From contig OZ245015.1 of assembly GCA_965223705.1 (NCBI GenBank), positions 3,296,001-3,360,000 of the forward strand: a stretch of DNA of 64,000 nucleotides. Reading direction: 5' to 3'. Made by a program: the position numbers and the translations under genes. Source of the DNA: Myxococcota bacterium (lineage in GTDB: Bacteria; Myxococcota_A; UBA9160; UBA6930). Position 1 is the stretch's first letter. Each line of letters starts with the position of its first letter. A model generated the notes under the pieces. It did no database searches, had not been told where the DNA came from, and saw only the letters and a list, made by a program, of their open reading frames with translations. Positions 8,656-18,945 of the stretch are shown piece by piece.

Positions 8656-9354
8656 CTAGTTCGCGGCACCCGTGCGAAACGCCTGTGCGGAGAGCCCCTG
8701 GGCAGTTCCTCCCGCGTAGTGTGCATAACGCGGAATGAAGTACGCGAGATCGTGACAGGTCTCGGCGACGGCGGGCCGTTCCGCCACGACCGCGAGCCAG
8801 CGGCGCAAGCGGGCACAGTCCCCGGGAATCCGTAGGCCACGGTAGTGCTCGAAAACAGGGACGCGCTCGAAGAACGGAAAGAAGGCCGCGTCGACCAAGC
8901 TCATCTGCGGGCCCAGCCAGTACGGTCCGTCGCCCTGAAGCGCCTCGAGGCGCCCCTCGAGAAATCGCATCCCGTCCTCGACCTCACCGCGCAGCTCCGC
9001 CTGCTCCGCGGGCTCTTGCGAGAAGAGCATGCGATAGAGCACCGGCAAGAACACGTTGTCCAAATGTCGGATCTCGCCCCGCATGACGGCCAGTCCACGC
9101 TCATCGCCCGGGCGCAGCGCCTCGCCGGGAAAGCTGCCGTCCAGGTATTCGTTCACGATCGCGGATTCCCACAAGACGAAGTCGCCGTGGCGGATGACAG
9201 GAACGCGGCCCGTCGGCGTGAGCTCGATCAGCCAGTCCGGCTTGTCGTCGAGATCGATCTCGACTTGCTCGTGGGCGATCCCCTTCTCTCCCAGGACAAT
9301 GCGTGTTCGTTGCGCGTAGGGACAGACTTCTGCGGTGTAGAGGGTGAGGCTCAT
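8656..9354 (-). CDS. glutathione S-transferase (omega-like, CPYA active site)
   Basis: CPYAQR, GRVPVI, WESAIVNEYLD, SLVDAAFFPFFER. Confidence 0.9.
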   Translation of the reverse strand: MSLTLYTAEVCPYAQRTRIVLGEKGIAHEQVEIDLDDKPDWLIELTPTGRVPVIRHGDFVLWESAIVNEYLDGSFPGEALRPGDERGLAVMRGEIRHLDNVFLPVLYRMLFSQEPAEQAELRGEVEDGMRFLEGRLEALQGDGPYWLGPQMSLVDAAFFPFFERVPVFEHYRGLRIPGDCARLRRWLAVVAERPAVAETCHDLAYFIPRYAHYAGGTAQGLSAQAFRTGAAN

Positions 9355-9443
9355 CGCGAGGCAGTTTAGCCGAGTTGGATTCCCAGAGACGGTCGGGAGC
9401 CGATTCCCTACAATGGCGTGCGACCCATCAAACGGAGCTCATC

Positions 9444-9914
9444 GTGAACATACCCACGACGCCCGCGCAGTTCGCGGATACGTACGACACCGACAAGCTC
9501 GACTGGATTCGCGTTACGGGGACACCCCGTTTCACGTATCCCATCGACTACTGGGTCGCGGTGCTCGGCGTTGACGAGGCAGCGGGACGGATCGACTTCC
9601 TCTCGCGCTGGGAGCCCGACTCCTATTGTCACTACCACCGCCACTTGGGAGAGACATCGCTTCTCGTCCTCGAGGGCGAACATCACGTCGTCGAGACGAC
9701 CGAGACCGAGACCATTCACAAGACGCGGCGACCGGGATTCTTCACCACGAACCCCGGCGGTGACTTGCATATGGAGTACGGCGGCCCCGACGGCACCCTG
9801 GTCTATTTCAGCTGCCTCGCCGTAGATGGCAAGGTGTTCGACGTCGTCGGGGACAACGACCGGATTCTCAAGACCGCGACCGTCGAAGACTTTACGTCCG
9901 GAAAAATCGCCTAA
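9444..9914 (+). CDS. cupin-domain protein (ChrR-like cupin)
   Basis: GTG start with GGAG SD; YCHYHRH..VLEGEH..HMEYGG. Confidence 0.75.
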   Translation: MNIPTTPAQFADTYDTDKLDWIRVTGTPRFTYPIDYWVAVLGVDEAAGRIDFLSRWEPDSYCHYHRHLGETSLLVLEGEHHVVETTETETIHKTRRPGFFTTNPGGDLHMEYGGPDGTLVYFSCLAVDGKVFDVVGDNDRILKTATVEDFTSGKIA

Positions 9915-9918
9915 CCGA

Positions 9919-10548
9919 CTACCGAAAGACCGTTCGAAGCGTCAGGTTGATCCGCGGGCGGGCGATGCGCTTTCGCTTCGGCAACTGATGGGCCCACCGC
10001 GTCTGTGATCCCCGCCCCATGAGCAGAAGAGAACCGTGGCGGAGAGCGCACTTCACGTGGGGAAGCTCGCGCCGGTAACGGTGCCTGAGCACGAAATCGC
10101 GGGTCTCTCCAAAACTCACCGAGCCGATGATCGGGTCTTCCCCGAACTCCTTCTCGTCGTCACTGTGCCAGCCGACGCTGTCGTTCCCGTCGCGATACAG
10201 CGTGACCAACACGCCGTTGAACGAAACCCCCGTGAGCTTCCGCACGCGCTCCCGAATGGCATTGAGGGGGTCGGTCATGGCAAGGGGCTCGACCTGCAGA
10301 CCCGAGTAGCAAAGCGTCAGGCCCTCCTCCGCATACCAGGCTTGAAGGCGAGGAATCGGCACAAGTTTTCCGTGAATCCGGATCCGATCGCTGCGCCAGG
10401 GAGTCTCGGCGCGGAGCGACTCAAAAAATCGATCGGACTCCGCCGCGGAGAACGCGCGTGGGTAGTAATCCAACTCGGCGTCAGCCAGACCGATCGACTG
10501 TTTCTGTGCGGAAGCAGCCCCCACCGCGAACAGCGATTGCTGAGTCAA
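9919..10548 (-). CDS. AlkB-family Fe(II)/2OG dioxygenase (ALKBH2/3-like DNA repair)
   Basis: PRLQAWY, YRDGNDSVGWHSDDE, H, RINLTLR. Confidence 0.92.
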   Translation of the reverse strand: MTQQSLFAVGAASAQKQSIGLADAELDYYPRAFSAAESDRFFESLRAETPWRSDRIRIHGKLVPIPRLQAWYAEEGLTLCYSGLQVEPLAMTDPLNAIRERVRKLTGVSFNGVLVTLYRDGNDSVGWHSDDEKEFGEDPIIGSVSFGETRDFVLRHRYRRELPHVKCALRHGSLLLMGRGSQTRWAHQLPKRKRIARPRINLTLRTVFR

Positions 10549-10560
10549 CGCGCCGTGCCG

Positions 10561-12150
10561 TCAGCCCAGCTGGAACCCGGCGTAGCCCGAGGCGGCGACT
10601 TCGTCACACTTCTCTCGGTAGACCGCCATACCTCCGATGTACGGCATGAAGATACGCGGCTTGCCAGGGACATTCGCGCCGACGTACCAAGACGCCGCCT
10701 CGGGAAAGAGCGTCGCGTCGGCGACTTGGTTGACGTGATCCACCCAGGATTGCTCGGCGTCGGGGAGTGCCTCGATGACATCGTGCCGGTGATCTCTCAG
10801 GTAGACCAAACAGTCCGCGATCCATTCGACGTGCTGCTCGATCGACAGAATCATGTTCGACATGACCGAAGGGCTCCCCGGTCCCGTGATCATGAACAGA
10901 TTCGGGAATCCCTCCACGGCGAGCCCGAGATAGGTGCGCGGGCCCTCGCTCCATTTTTCCTTCAGGGGGCGCCCGCCCTTGCCGCGGAGGTCGACGTTCT
11001 CCACGGCACCCGTCATCGCGTCGAAACCCGTCGCCAGCACGATCGCATCGTAAGGATGCTCCGCCTCGGACGTCTGCACGCCATCCTCGGTGATGCGCTG
11101 GATCGGCGTCTTGCGAAGGTCGACGAGCTTTACGTGGGATTGGTTGAATGTCGCGTAGTAGTCGGTGTCGAGGCAGATTCTTTTCGTGCCGATCGGGAAA
11201 CTCGTCGGACACAGCAGTTCCGCCGTCTCGGGATCGTGCACGACCTCACGAATCTTTCCCCGCACGAAATCCGCAGCCGTCGCGTTCGCAGCCTTGTCGA
11301 TGAGCAGATCGTTGAACTGCTGCATCACCGCCACGATTTCGCCCCGTTCCCAAGCCGCCTGGTATTTGCGCTCGCGTTCGGCGGCGTCGACCTCGAACGC
11401 ACCCGTATCGAGCGGGGCATCGGGCACGCCGAACGAGGAATGGCGCGAACGGTGACGATGTTCGGGGTAGCGCGCTTTCCAAGCCTCGCGCTCGTCTTCC
11501 GCAAGTTCGCGGTTATAGGCCGGGAGACTGAAAGCCGGCGTGCGTTGGTAGACGGTGAGTTCGGACGCTTGCTTCGCGATCAGGGGAATCGATTGAATCG
11601 CCGAGGAACCGGTGCCGACGACACCGACGCGCATCCCGCTGAAATCGACGCCTTCCTCGGGCCAGCGAGCGGTGTGGTAGACCTCTCCTTCGAAGCTCTC
11701 GAGGCCCTCGATATCGACTTCTTTCGGCACGGAGAGGCAGCCCGTCGCGAACACGCAATACGCCGCTTCGAACGCCTCGCCCGCTTCGGTCCGAATCCGC
11801 CAGCACGTGTTCTCCTCGTCGAAGTGAGCCGATGAGACCCGCGTATCGAATTGGATATCGCGCCGAAGGTCGTAACGGTCGGCGACGTGATTCGCATAGC
11901 GGAGGATTTCCGCCTGGGGCGCGTATTTCTCACTCCAGTTCCATTCGCGCTGGAGCTCTTCGTCGAAGGAGAAGCAGTAGTCCATACTTTGGACGTCGCA
12001 GCGCGCGCCCGGATAGCGGTTCCAGTACCAAGTACCGCCCACGCCGGAGCCCGCCTCGAGCACTCGGACGGAAAAGCCCAGCCCCCGGAACTTGTAGAGC
12101 GAGTACATCCCCGCAAAACCCGCTCCGACCACAATGACGTCGTACTGCAT
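10561..12150 (-). CDS. type I Baeyer-Villiger monooxygenase
   Basis: GAGFAG, GGTWYWNRYPG, fingerprint FEGEVYHTARWP, GTGSS, ATGFDA. Confidence 0.95.
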   Translation of the reverse strand: MQYDVIVVGAGFAGMYSLYKFRGLGFSVRVLEAGSGVGGTWYWNRYPGARCDVQSMDYCFSFDEELQREWNWSEKYAPQAEILRYANHVADRYDLRRDIQFDTRVSSAHFDEENTCWRIRTEAGEAFEAAYCVFATGCLSVPKEVDIEGLESFEGEVYHTARWPEEGVDFSGMRVGVVGTGSSAIQSIPLIAKQASELTVYQRTPAFSLPAYNRELAEDEREAWKARYPEHRHRSRHSSFGVPDAPLDTGAFEVDAAERERKYQAAWERGEIVAVMQQFNDLLIDKAANATAADFVRGKIREVVHDPETAELLCPTSFPIGTKRICLDTDYYATFNQSHVKLVDLRKTPIQRITEDGVQTSEAEHPYDAIVLATGFDAMTGAVENVDLRGKGGRPLKEKWSEGPRTYLGLAVEGFPNLFMITGPGSPSVMSNMILSIEQHVEWIADCLVYLRDHRHDVIEALPDAEQSWVDHVNQVADATLFPEAASWYVGANVPGKPRIFMPYIGGMAVYREKCDEVAASGYAGFQLG

Positions 12151-12258
12151 TCCCTGTCTCCTCCGGCCCGAAAGGCCCCGCTAGTTTACCCGGCCTCTCC
12201 CGACCCCTCGAGTCTGGTAGAATGCTCGGCGCCAATCACCCAAGCCCCGAGGTCCAAG

Positions 12259-12705
12259 ATGACTACCGTCCCTTTCAGCCTCTATGACCAGGAAATCAGC
12301 TGGCAACCCTTCGCCGGGATCGAAAATCTCGAGCTCTCTCTGTGCGACGTCGATCCCAGGCGCGGTATCGTGGACCTGGTGGTGCGCTTTGCACCGAACA
12401 AGACGGTGACGATGCACAATCATCTCGCCCCGACCAATATGTTCATCATTCAAGGGGAGCTTCGGATGTACGAGCCCGACGGCTCGGTACGCGAAGCCCG
12501 TAGTGCTGGACACTACTTCCCGGGTACCACGAACGATGTCCACAGCGAGGGGGGCGGCCCCGATGGCGCCGTCGTCTTCTACAGCGTTCGCTCCGACGGA
12601 AACGCCGCACTGTTCGAGGTGATGAACGACGATCAGACCGTCGCCGCGACCGTGACGATGGACGACGTCATGGCTCTTTGGGAAGCCCAGCAGGCCGCTG
12701 CCTAG
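12259..12705 (+). CDS. cupin-domain protein (ChrR-like cupin)
   Basis: ATG 12259; HNH..IIQGE..HSEGGG; similar to the cupins at 9444 and 29753. Confidence 0.75.
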   Translation: MTTVPFSLYDQEISWQPFAGIENLELSLCDVDPRRGIVDLVVRFAPNKTVTMHNHLAPTNMFIIQGELRMYEPDGSVREARSAGHYFPGTTNDVHSEGGGPDGAVVFYSVRSDGNAALFEVMNDDQTVAATVTMDDVMALWEAQQAAA

Positions 12706-12746
12706 GGTTCTTTAGGGTCCCCTGCGGCGGGCTACACTCCGGCGCG

Positions 12747-13871
12747 ATGAAATTCCACGTAATCGTCTACTGCACGATGGGCACCCGCGCCGAAATTGAA
12801 CTCGGCATGGCGGGTAAGCGCCCCGAACTCTACCAGCGCATGCTCCGCAATTTGCGCGAATACATCGAGATCTGTGATGAAGGGGGCTTCGAAGGCTTCG
12901 GGCACCCCGAACATCACCTGCAGATCGAGGGCATGGAGGCGACGGGAAGCCCAGGCATCCTCAGCATGTTCATCGGCCAGCACGCGAAGCGGATGAAGGT
13001 CGACATCCTCGGTTACGTCATGAGCACCCACAATCCGCTGCGGGTCGCCGAGGACGTCGCGATGATGGACCACATGTTGGAAGGCCGGCTCAACGTCGCC
13101 TTTGTTCGCGGCTACCAAGCGCGTTGGGTGCAGAACTACGCCACGCGCGCCGAGTTTCACCCGGTCGGCCCGTGGAACAAGCAGAGCGAAGACGACCGCC
13201 GCAATCGGCGGGCTTTCGAGGAAGCGGTCGCAATCGTTAAACGCGCCTGGACCGAGGACACCTTCTCTCACCGCGGTGAGTTCTGGACGATTCCGCCGGA
13301 GGGAGCGAAGAACCCGCATCCCATGGATGCGTACACCCGCTATGGAGCCGGGGTCGACGATGCGATGCAGATCCACGAAGTCGGCATCGCGCCCCGGCCG
13401 TTCCAGTCACCGCACCCGCCGCTCTATGCGGGCTTTACACACAGTACGGAGTCGGTCCGTTTCTGGGGACGCGAAGGCGGAAAGCCGATCGTGATTCTGC
13501 TGAACGAAGAACTCTGCGCGAAGCTACGCGACGCGCTCCGCGAAGAAGCGGAGAAGGCGGATCGCTGTGTGACGCCCGGAACGGAGTTGGCGCTCGGCGG
13601 CCAGCTCGTGCTGGCGCGCAGCGACGCCGAAGCGCGTGCGATTCAGAACGACACGGACTGGTTCTGGAGCCAGTGGGGCGTGCCGTTCGGCTTGGGCACG
13701 CCGGAGTACATCATCGGAGACGCCGACACGATTTCCCGGCAAATCGAGCGCGCCGAGAAGATCGGGACCGACGAGATGTTTTTCCTGTTGGGCGATGGGC
13801 TCCTCGACCACGACATTGTGAAGCGTACGCTTGAAACGTTCTCGGAGAGGGTCCTTCCGCGTTTCTCGTAG
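12747..13871 (+). CDS. luciferase-like (LLM class) flavin-dependent oxidoreductase
   Basis: PEHH, HNPLRVAEDVAMMDHMLEGRL, PRPFQSPHPP. Confidence 0.88.
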   Translation: MKFHVIVYCTMGTRAEIELGMAGKRPELYQRMLRNLREYIEICDEGGFEGFGHPEHHLQIEGMEATGSPGILSMFIGQHAKRMKVDILGYVMSTHNPLRVAEDVAMMDHMLEGRLNVAFVRGYQARWVQNYATRAEFHPVGPWNKQSEDDRRNRRAFEEAVAIVKRAWTEDTFSHRGEFWTIPPEGAKNPHPMDAYTRYGAGVDDAMQIHEVGIAPRPFQSPHPPLYAGFTHSTESVRFWGREGGKPIVILLNEELCAKLRDALREEAEKADRCVTPGTELALGGQLVLARSDAEARAIQNDTDWFWSQWGVPFGLGTPEYIIGDADTISRQIERAEKIGTDEMFFLLGDGLLDHDIVKRTLETFSERVLPRFS

Positions 13872-13898
13872 CGATTCGCTACACGCTAAGATCTCGCC

Positions 13899-14789
13899 AT
13901 GTCTGTGCTCCCCGGAATCGTCGGCGTCTCGCGTCCAAACTTTCTGACGCTGTCCGTCATGCTCATCGCTTCGGCGACGGCTGCCGCACGCTGTGCGGGT
14001 CCGTGGTCGCTGGGCTCCGCTTTGCTGGCGCTCATCGGTTTGGTGGCGCTTCACGCCGCCGTCGATGCCATCAACGAAGGCGCGGATGCGATCTCGGGTA
14101 TTGACGATCGAACGGTGCGCACCCCGTTTAGCGGGGGCACCGGAACGATTCAGGCCGGGACGATCAGCGCGCGAGGCGCCTACCTGTGGGGCTTCGTCTG
14201 TTGCGCCATCGGCGCGGGAATTGGTGTCTGGTTCTTGCTGCGGGTCGGCGTTGCCCTACTCCCGATCTTGGCGCTCGGCGCGGTCTCGGTCCTCGCCTAT
14301 ACACACCTCTTGCTGCGAGTCGGCTTGGGTGAAGTCTTTGCTGGCCTGGGTCTTGGTGCACTTCCGGTACTCGGCGCGAGCATGATCCAATCCGGGGTCA
14401 TCCCACAGGAAGCCGCTGCGATCGCGGTTCCGTCTTTCTTCATGACGTTCAACTTGCTGCTGCTCGCGGAGTTCCCCGACACCGAGGCCGATGCTTTCGG
14501 CGGCCGGCGGCACCTCGTCATCCTGTTGGGTCGGCGCTATGCCGCGTGGGTCTACGCCGCTGCAGGTCTCGCTGCGCCCCTTTCGATTGCGGCGAGCGTC
14601 GCGATGGGATGGCTCCCGGCGGTTTGCTTGCTCGCGTGTCTCCCGACGCTGTTTCTAGTCCCTGCGTTTCGCTGGGCGTTTCTCGAGCCGGAACACCCGA
14701 CTCCGATTGCCGCCCTCACGGGCAACGTCATCTGGAATCTCTCAACTCACGCCGTACTCGCCGGTACGCTTTTTTGGGCGTGTTCCTAG
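13899..14789 (+). CDS. menA: UbiA-family prenyltransferase, MenA-like
   Basis: SRP, NEGADAISGID, PFSGG, EFPDTEADAFGGRR; multiple TM helices. Confidence 0.75.
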   Translation: MSVLPGIVGVSRPNFLTLSVMLIASATAAARCAGPWSLGSALLALIGLVALHAAVDAINEGADAISGIDDRTVRTPFSGGTGTIQAGTISARGAYLWGFVCCAIGAGIGVWFLLRVGVALLPILALGAVSVLAYTHLLLRVGLGEVFAGLGLGALPVLGASMIQSGVIPQEAAAIAVPSFFMTFNLLLLAEFPDTEADAFGGRRHLVILLGRRYAAWVYAAAGLAAPLSIAASVAMGWLPAVCLLACLPTLFLVPAFRWAFLEPEHPTPIAALTGNVIWNLSTHAVLAGTLFWACS

Positions 14790-14804
14790 GAGGTAAGGAA
14801 TCAC

Positions 14805-15185
14805 ATGGACCATGACCGTGAGATCCGCGAAATGTTCGCTTGTCTCGACCGAGACGGTGTGCCGGGCCTGTTCCCCTATCTCACCGAAGACGTGCTGTTT
14901 CGCTTCGCCGGCTACCCGGAAGGTCGGGGAAGAGAGACTTTCGCGACCGTCTGGGAGCAGATGTCGCCCAAGATTCGGACCCTGGAACACGCGATCGCCG
15001 AGACCATTCGATCGGGAGACACCATCTATTGCCACGGTACGGTGACGTACCACCTGTTCGATGCCGACCCCATCTGTGTGCCCTTCGCGAACCGGTTCTG
15101 CCTGGCGGGCGATCTCATCAGCGAATATCACATCTACGTCGATGCATCGCCGGTGTTCGGAGCGGCCCCTCCTCCCGAGAGCTAG
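14805..15185 (+). CDS. SnoaL/NTF2-like protein
   Basis: Strong AGGAGG SD; LTEDVLFRFAG..G...ISEYHIYVD. Confidence 0.8.
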   Translation: MDHDREIREMFACLDRDGVPGLFPYLTEDVLFRFAGYPEGRGRETFATVWEQMSPKIRTLEHAIAETIRSGDTIYCHGTVTYHLFDADPICVPFANRFCLAGDLISEYHIYVDASPVFGAAPPPES

Positions 15186-15190
15186 GCCCG

Positions 15191-15991
15191 CTACGCGTCG
15201 ATCAACCAGTCGCGAAGCAGCGCGTTCGTGTGCTCGACTTCCTCCTCCATGAACCAGTGAGAGCCGCGCGGGAGGCAGACGCTCCGTCCGCCGGACTTTT
15301 CCACGATTTCGAGCCAACGGTCGGTGTGAAACATCAGCGGTTTCTTGCCGCCGTACAGGTACAGCACCCGACACGTCGGCGTGTACGCGCCCAACAGGCG
15401 AGAGCGCATCTTCGGCAGCAAGGTCGAACGCCAAAAATAGAAATACGGGTAGTTGCACCGCGACCGAACGCTGTCGGCTTGACGGGCAGGGACGTTCAGT
15501 AGACGAGCGAGGAGCCGGGTCAACCCGGTGCCGACCGCTGGGATCGCGCCACCGATCAGCCAGAAGCTCGCCAACGCCCACTGGTAGCTGACGAACAGGG
15601 CAGCATCCCGGAAAGTCGACGGTTCAAAGTGACCCCCGACGTCCATCGCCACCATCGTTCGAACGCGCTCGGGATACTTCTGCTCGTAGAGGTAGCCGAT
15701 GTATGCCCCCCAATCGTGGGTCACGAGTGTGATCGGCTCTGTCGTCACCGTCGCGAGGGTGGCGTGAAGTCGCGCAATCAGGTCCGGAAAGTCGCAACCG
15801 CCGGATTCGATCGGGGCGCCCCCGAAGTTTGGAAAGGTCGGAACGATACAACGGTACCGATCCCGCAGCGCCGCTACCTGGTTTCTCCACAACGAAGCGT
15901 CATCCGGCCACCCATGCAGGAAGACCAGAACGGGCGCGTCCTCAGGCCCTTCCGTGCAGTAAGTGAGATCGCCGCTCTCGTTGATACTCAT
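15191..15991 (-). CDS. alpha/beta hydrolase, epoxide-hydrolase-like
   Basis: HGWP oxyanion motif, HDWGA Asp nucleophile, SHW catalytic His; start at ATG 15991 (AGGAG SD). Confidence 0.85.
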   Translation of the reverse strand: MSINESGDLTYCTEGPEDAPVLVFLHGWPDDASLWRNQVAALRDRYRCIVPTFPNFGGAPIESGGCDFPDLIARLHATLATVTTEPITLVTHDWGAYIGYLYEQKYPERVRTMVAMDVGGHFEPSTFRDAALFVSYQWALASFWLIGGAIPAVGTGLTRLLARLLNVPARQADSVRSRCNYPYFYFWRSTLLPKMRSRLLGAYTPTCRVLYLYGGKKPLMFHTDRWLEIVEKSGGRSVCLPRGSHWFMEEEVEHTNALLRDWLIDA

Positions 15992-16089
15992 CGCAAGCTC
16001 CTGCTGAGAAGTTACAGAAGTGAAGCCCACGACGCGGAACTTCGCACACCGAGCTATGACATACTGCGGGCAGACGCCACGGAGGAAGC

Positions 16090-16458
16090 ATGCCCTCGAT
16101 CGAACCGACCGCCGAACAACTGCGCGCTTTTGCCGAGTCTCCGGACATCGGCCCTATCGTGATGGTGAACCTGCTCCGATACGACGGGGAGCACGGCCGC
16201 GTGCGCTACGGCGAATACGCCACGGCGGTGACGCCGCTGATTCGCGAGACCGGAGGGCGGATCGTCTACCGCGGCGATGCGGGCCCCGACGTGATCGGCG
16301 AAGACGGGTGGGATGAAGTCATCCTCGTCGAATACCCCGATCGAAAACGGTTCCTCGGCATGCTGCAGAGCGAGGCTTACCAGTCGATCGCTCACCTTCG
16401 AAGCGAGGGACTCAAGGACTCACGCCTCTTTCAGACGTTGCCGACGCTCTCGTCCTAG
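16090..16458 (+). CDS. DUF1330 domain protein
   Basis: PIVMVNLLRY, GGR, WDEVILVEYP, YQSIAHLR. Confidence 0.85.
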   Translation: MPSIEPTAEQLRAFAESPDIGPIVMVNLLRYDGEHGRVRYGEYATAVTPLIRETGGRIVYRGDAGPDVIGEDGWDEVILVEYPDRKRFLGMLQSEAYQSIAHLRSEGLKDSRLFQTLPTLSS

Positions 16459-17483
16459 GGGCGATCGAAGTCGCCCCAGGTGGCGCGCCAGAGAGATCTT
16501 GCGACCTCTCCCACACGGATATTCCTTCTGCGGCCATACCGGACGATCGGGCCTGCGCGGCGACCCTCGGCGTCGTATACCGCGCGGATGCCCCAGATCC
16601 CTTCGCTCGGCCGGTTGTTGGGCCAGCCATAGCGAAGATCGTCGACTTCGACTGTCGCGTAGGGGCCATCCAGCCGGACTCGCCACGTGATCTCCTCCAT
16701 GGCGAACCAGACGAACGTGCGCCCCTCCCAAGTCGCGAGGAGGTCGTCGACGCGCGCGTCCGCAGGAGGGTTCGCGAAGGCGCTTGACGAAGGCTCGCCG
16801 CGACGCCACATGGTGTAGAGACCAACGCGCGTTTCGTCCGGTGTCCGAGCGACGAACCGCCGGAGCCACGGTTGCAGAAGTGTCGGATAGACCCGGATCT
16901 CGAGCGGCGCGGCGTCAGTCGCGAGCGTCTCGCGCAGATCGTTTCCAGCGACGTGATTGAGGAGAACCCCGTATCCCAGATAAGCGGTCGAAACCCCGAG
17001 CGCTAGTGCGGCGGCCAGTCGCCTCTTGCGAACAGACCACCACCCCCCCGCAACGCCCAGGACGAGACACGCGGTGTAGATCGGATCGATGATTCCGATG
17101 CCATTCCACGCGAAGCGTTCGCGGGAAAACGGCGCGAAGAGCTGCGTGCCGTAGGGCGTAAACGCGTCGAGAAGCGGATGGGTAAAGAGCGCGAGGACAG
17201 CGAGTCCAATCCACGCGAGGCGATGTTCCGGCGCACCGTCCCGCCAGCGCCAAAGCAGCCATCCGATTGCAGAACCGACAACGGGACCGAACCAGAGACT
17301 GTGGGTACTTCCCCGGTGATAGACCATTTCGCCGAAGCCGCCGTGCAGCGACGCGGCCAGGATGTCGAGATCGGGGAGAAGCCCGATAAGCGCGCCCCAG
17401 CCGACGGCGCGGTATCCCAAGCGATGCGCGAAGCCGACCTGCCCCACGGCGGCGCCCAACAAAGCCTGGGTAACGGGTTCCAC
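16455..17483 (-). CDS. membrane-bound metal-dependent hydrolase (YdjM family)
   Basis: EPVTQ, PDLD, HRGSTHS, HPLLDAFTPYG, IIDP. Confidence 0.88.
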   Translation of the reverse strand: MEPVTQALLGAAVGQVGFAHRLGYRAVGWGALIGLLPDLDILAASLHGGFGEMVYHRGSTHSLWFGPVVGSAIGWLLWRWRDGAPEHRLAWIGLAVLALFTHPLLDAFTPYGTQLFAPFSRERFAWNGIGIIDPIYTACLVLGVAGGWWSVRKRRLAAALALGVSTAYLGYGVLLNHVAGNDLRETLATDAAPLEIRVYPTLLQPWLRRFVARTPDETRVGLYTMWRRGEPSSSAFANPPADARVDDLLATWEGRTFVWFAMEEITWRVRLDGPYATVEVDDLRYGWPNNRPSEGIWGIRAVYDAEGRRAGPIVRYGRRRNIRVGEVARSLWRATWGDFDRP

Positions 17484-17560
17484 GACCGCGGAAACTACTT
17501 GATCAGCTGGACACTCGCATTGCGCAGCCGGGTGGCAAGCTTCTACCGACGGCGTAAGGT

Positions 17561-18931
17561 TTGCCGACGGTGTCTGGAAGTGATCGTCCGAACGTGTTCT
17601 GGTTTCGCAGAGACTTGCGTCTCGCGGATCACCCGGCCCTCGCGGCCGCAGCGGCCCTCGGCCCCGTTCTTCCCGTGTTCGTCGTCGATGACGCGCTATG
17701 GAAACCGGCCGGAGCGAATCGCCGCTCCTTCCTCGTCGATTCCCTCGCGTCCTTGCGTGACGCGAGCCAGGGCGCGCTCGAGGTGCTCGCGGGGAACCCG
17801 GAGGACGTCCTTCCCGACCGCGCTCAGGCGATCGGTGCCCCGTTCGTCTTCGCGACGGAAGACTTCGGGCCCTACGGCCGCAGCCGCGACGAGCGCGTGG
17901 CGAAAGCGTTAGACGATCGAGGCATTGAGCTTCACCTCCTCGACTCGCCGTATGCGGTACGCCCGGGCTCGATTCGCAGTGGAAGTGGGACCTCGTACAA
18001 GGTCTTCACGCCCTTCTTCCGCGCCTGGAAAGCCCACGGCTGGGAAGCCCCGATCGAGGCTCCGTCGATTTCGTGGCACCGCACCGGGTCGGCGCGATGG
18101 GAGCTTCCGGACGCGCGCGCCGATTCCGCCTCACTTCCCGACGCGGGCGAAGAGGCCGCGGCAGAGGCGGCGAGCCGGTTTCTCGCCGAAAGCGTCGAGC
18201 GTTACGACGAGACTCGAGACCAACCCGGCCGGGATGCCACATCGCGCCTGTCGCCCTATCTCAAATGGGGTGCACTGCACCCGCGCCAACTGCTCCACGA
18301 GCTCGGCGATTCTCCCGGAGAGGAGACTTTCCGCAGTGAACTCTGTTGGCGGGAATTCTATGCCGAAGTGCTTTACGCGCGACCCGATTCGGCCCGGAAG
18401 GCCTACGTCGCGAAGATGAGTCGAATGGAGACCGACACAGGCCCCGAGGCGGACGAAAAGTTCGATGCGTGGTGTGCCGGTCAGACCGGCTACCCGATTG
18501 TCGACGCCGGCATGCGGCAGCTCGCTGCCGAAGGGTGGATGCACAATCGCGTGCGGATGATCGCGGCGAGCTTCCTCTTGAAGGATCTCCACATCGACTG
18601 GACCCGAGGAGCTCGGCACTTTATGAACCTCCTCGTCGATGGAGACCTCGCATCGAATCAGCACGGGTGGCAGTGGGTCGCCGGGACGGGCACCGACGCC
18701 GCGCCCTACTTTCGCGTCTTCAATCCCGTATCTCAAAGCAAGAAGTTCGATCCGGAAGGCGAGTATTTGCGACGCTTCATACCGGAGATCGCACATCTCT
18801 CGGACCGATCGATCCACGCGCCGTGGACCGAAAAAGCAGGAGCGCCGGCGGGCTACCCCGCACCGATTGTCGACCATGCAGCAGAGCGACGCGAGGCTCT
18901 CGCCCGGTACGACCGGCTCAAGTCCGGTTGA
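17561..18931 (+). CDS. phrB: deoxyribodipyrimidine photolyase (class I)
   Basis: WFRRDLRLADHPAL, TSRLSPYL, WREF, TGYPIVDAGMRQL, HNRVRM, FRVFNP; start could be GTG 17570. Confidence 0.93.
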   Translation: MPTVSGSDRPNVFWFRRDLRLADHPALAAAAALGPVLPVFVVDDALWKPAGANRRSFLVDSLASLRDASQGALEVLAGNPEDVLPDRAQAIGAPFVFATEDFGPYGRSRDERVAKALDDRGIELHLLDSPYAVRPGSIRSGSGTSYKVFTPFFRAWKAHGWEAPIEAPSISWHRTGSARWELPDARADSASLPDAGEEAAAEAASRFLAESVERYDETRDQPGRDATSRLSPYLKWGALHPRQLLHELGDSPGEETFRSELCWREFYAEVLYARPDSARKAYVAKMSRMETDTGPEADEKFDAWCAGQTGYPIVDAGMRQLAAEGWMHNRVRMIAASFLLKDLHIDWTRGARHFMNLLVDGDLASNQHGWQWVAGTGTDAAPYFRVFNPVSQSKKFDPEGEYLRRFIPEIAHLSDRSIHAPWTEKAGAPAGYPAPIVDHAAERREALARYDRLKSG

Positions 18932-18945
18932 TTCGTAGAATCCGC

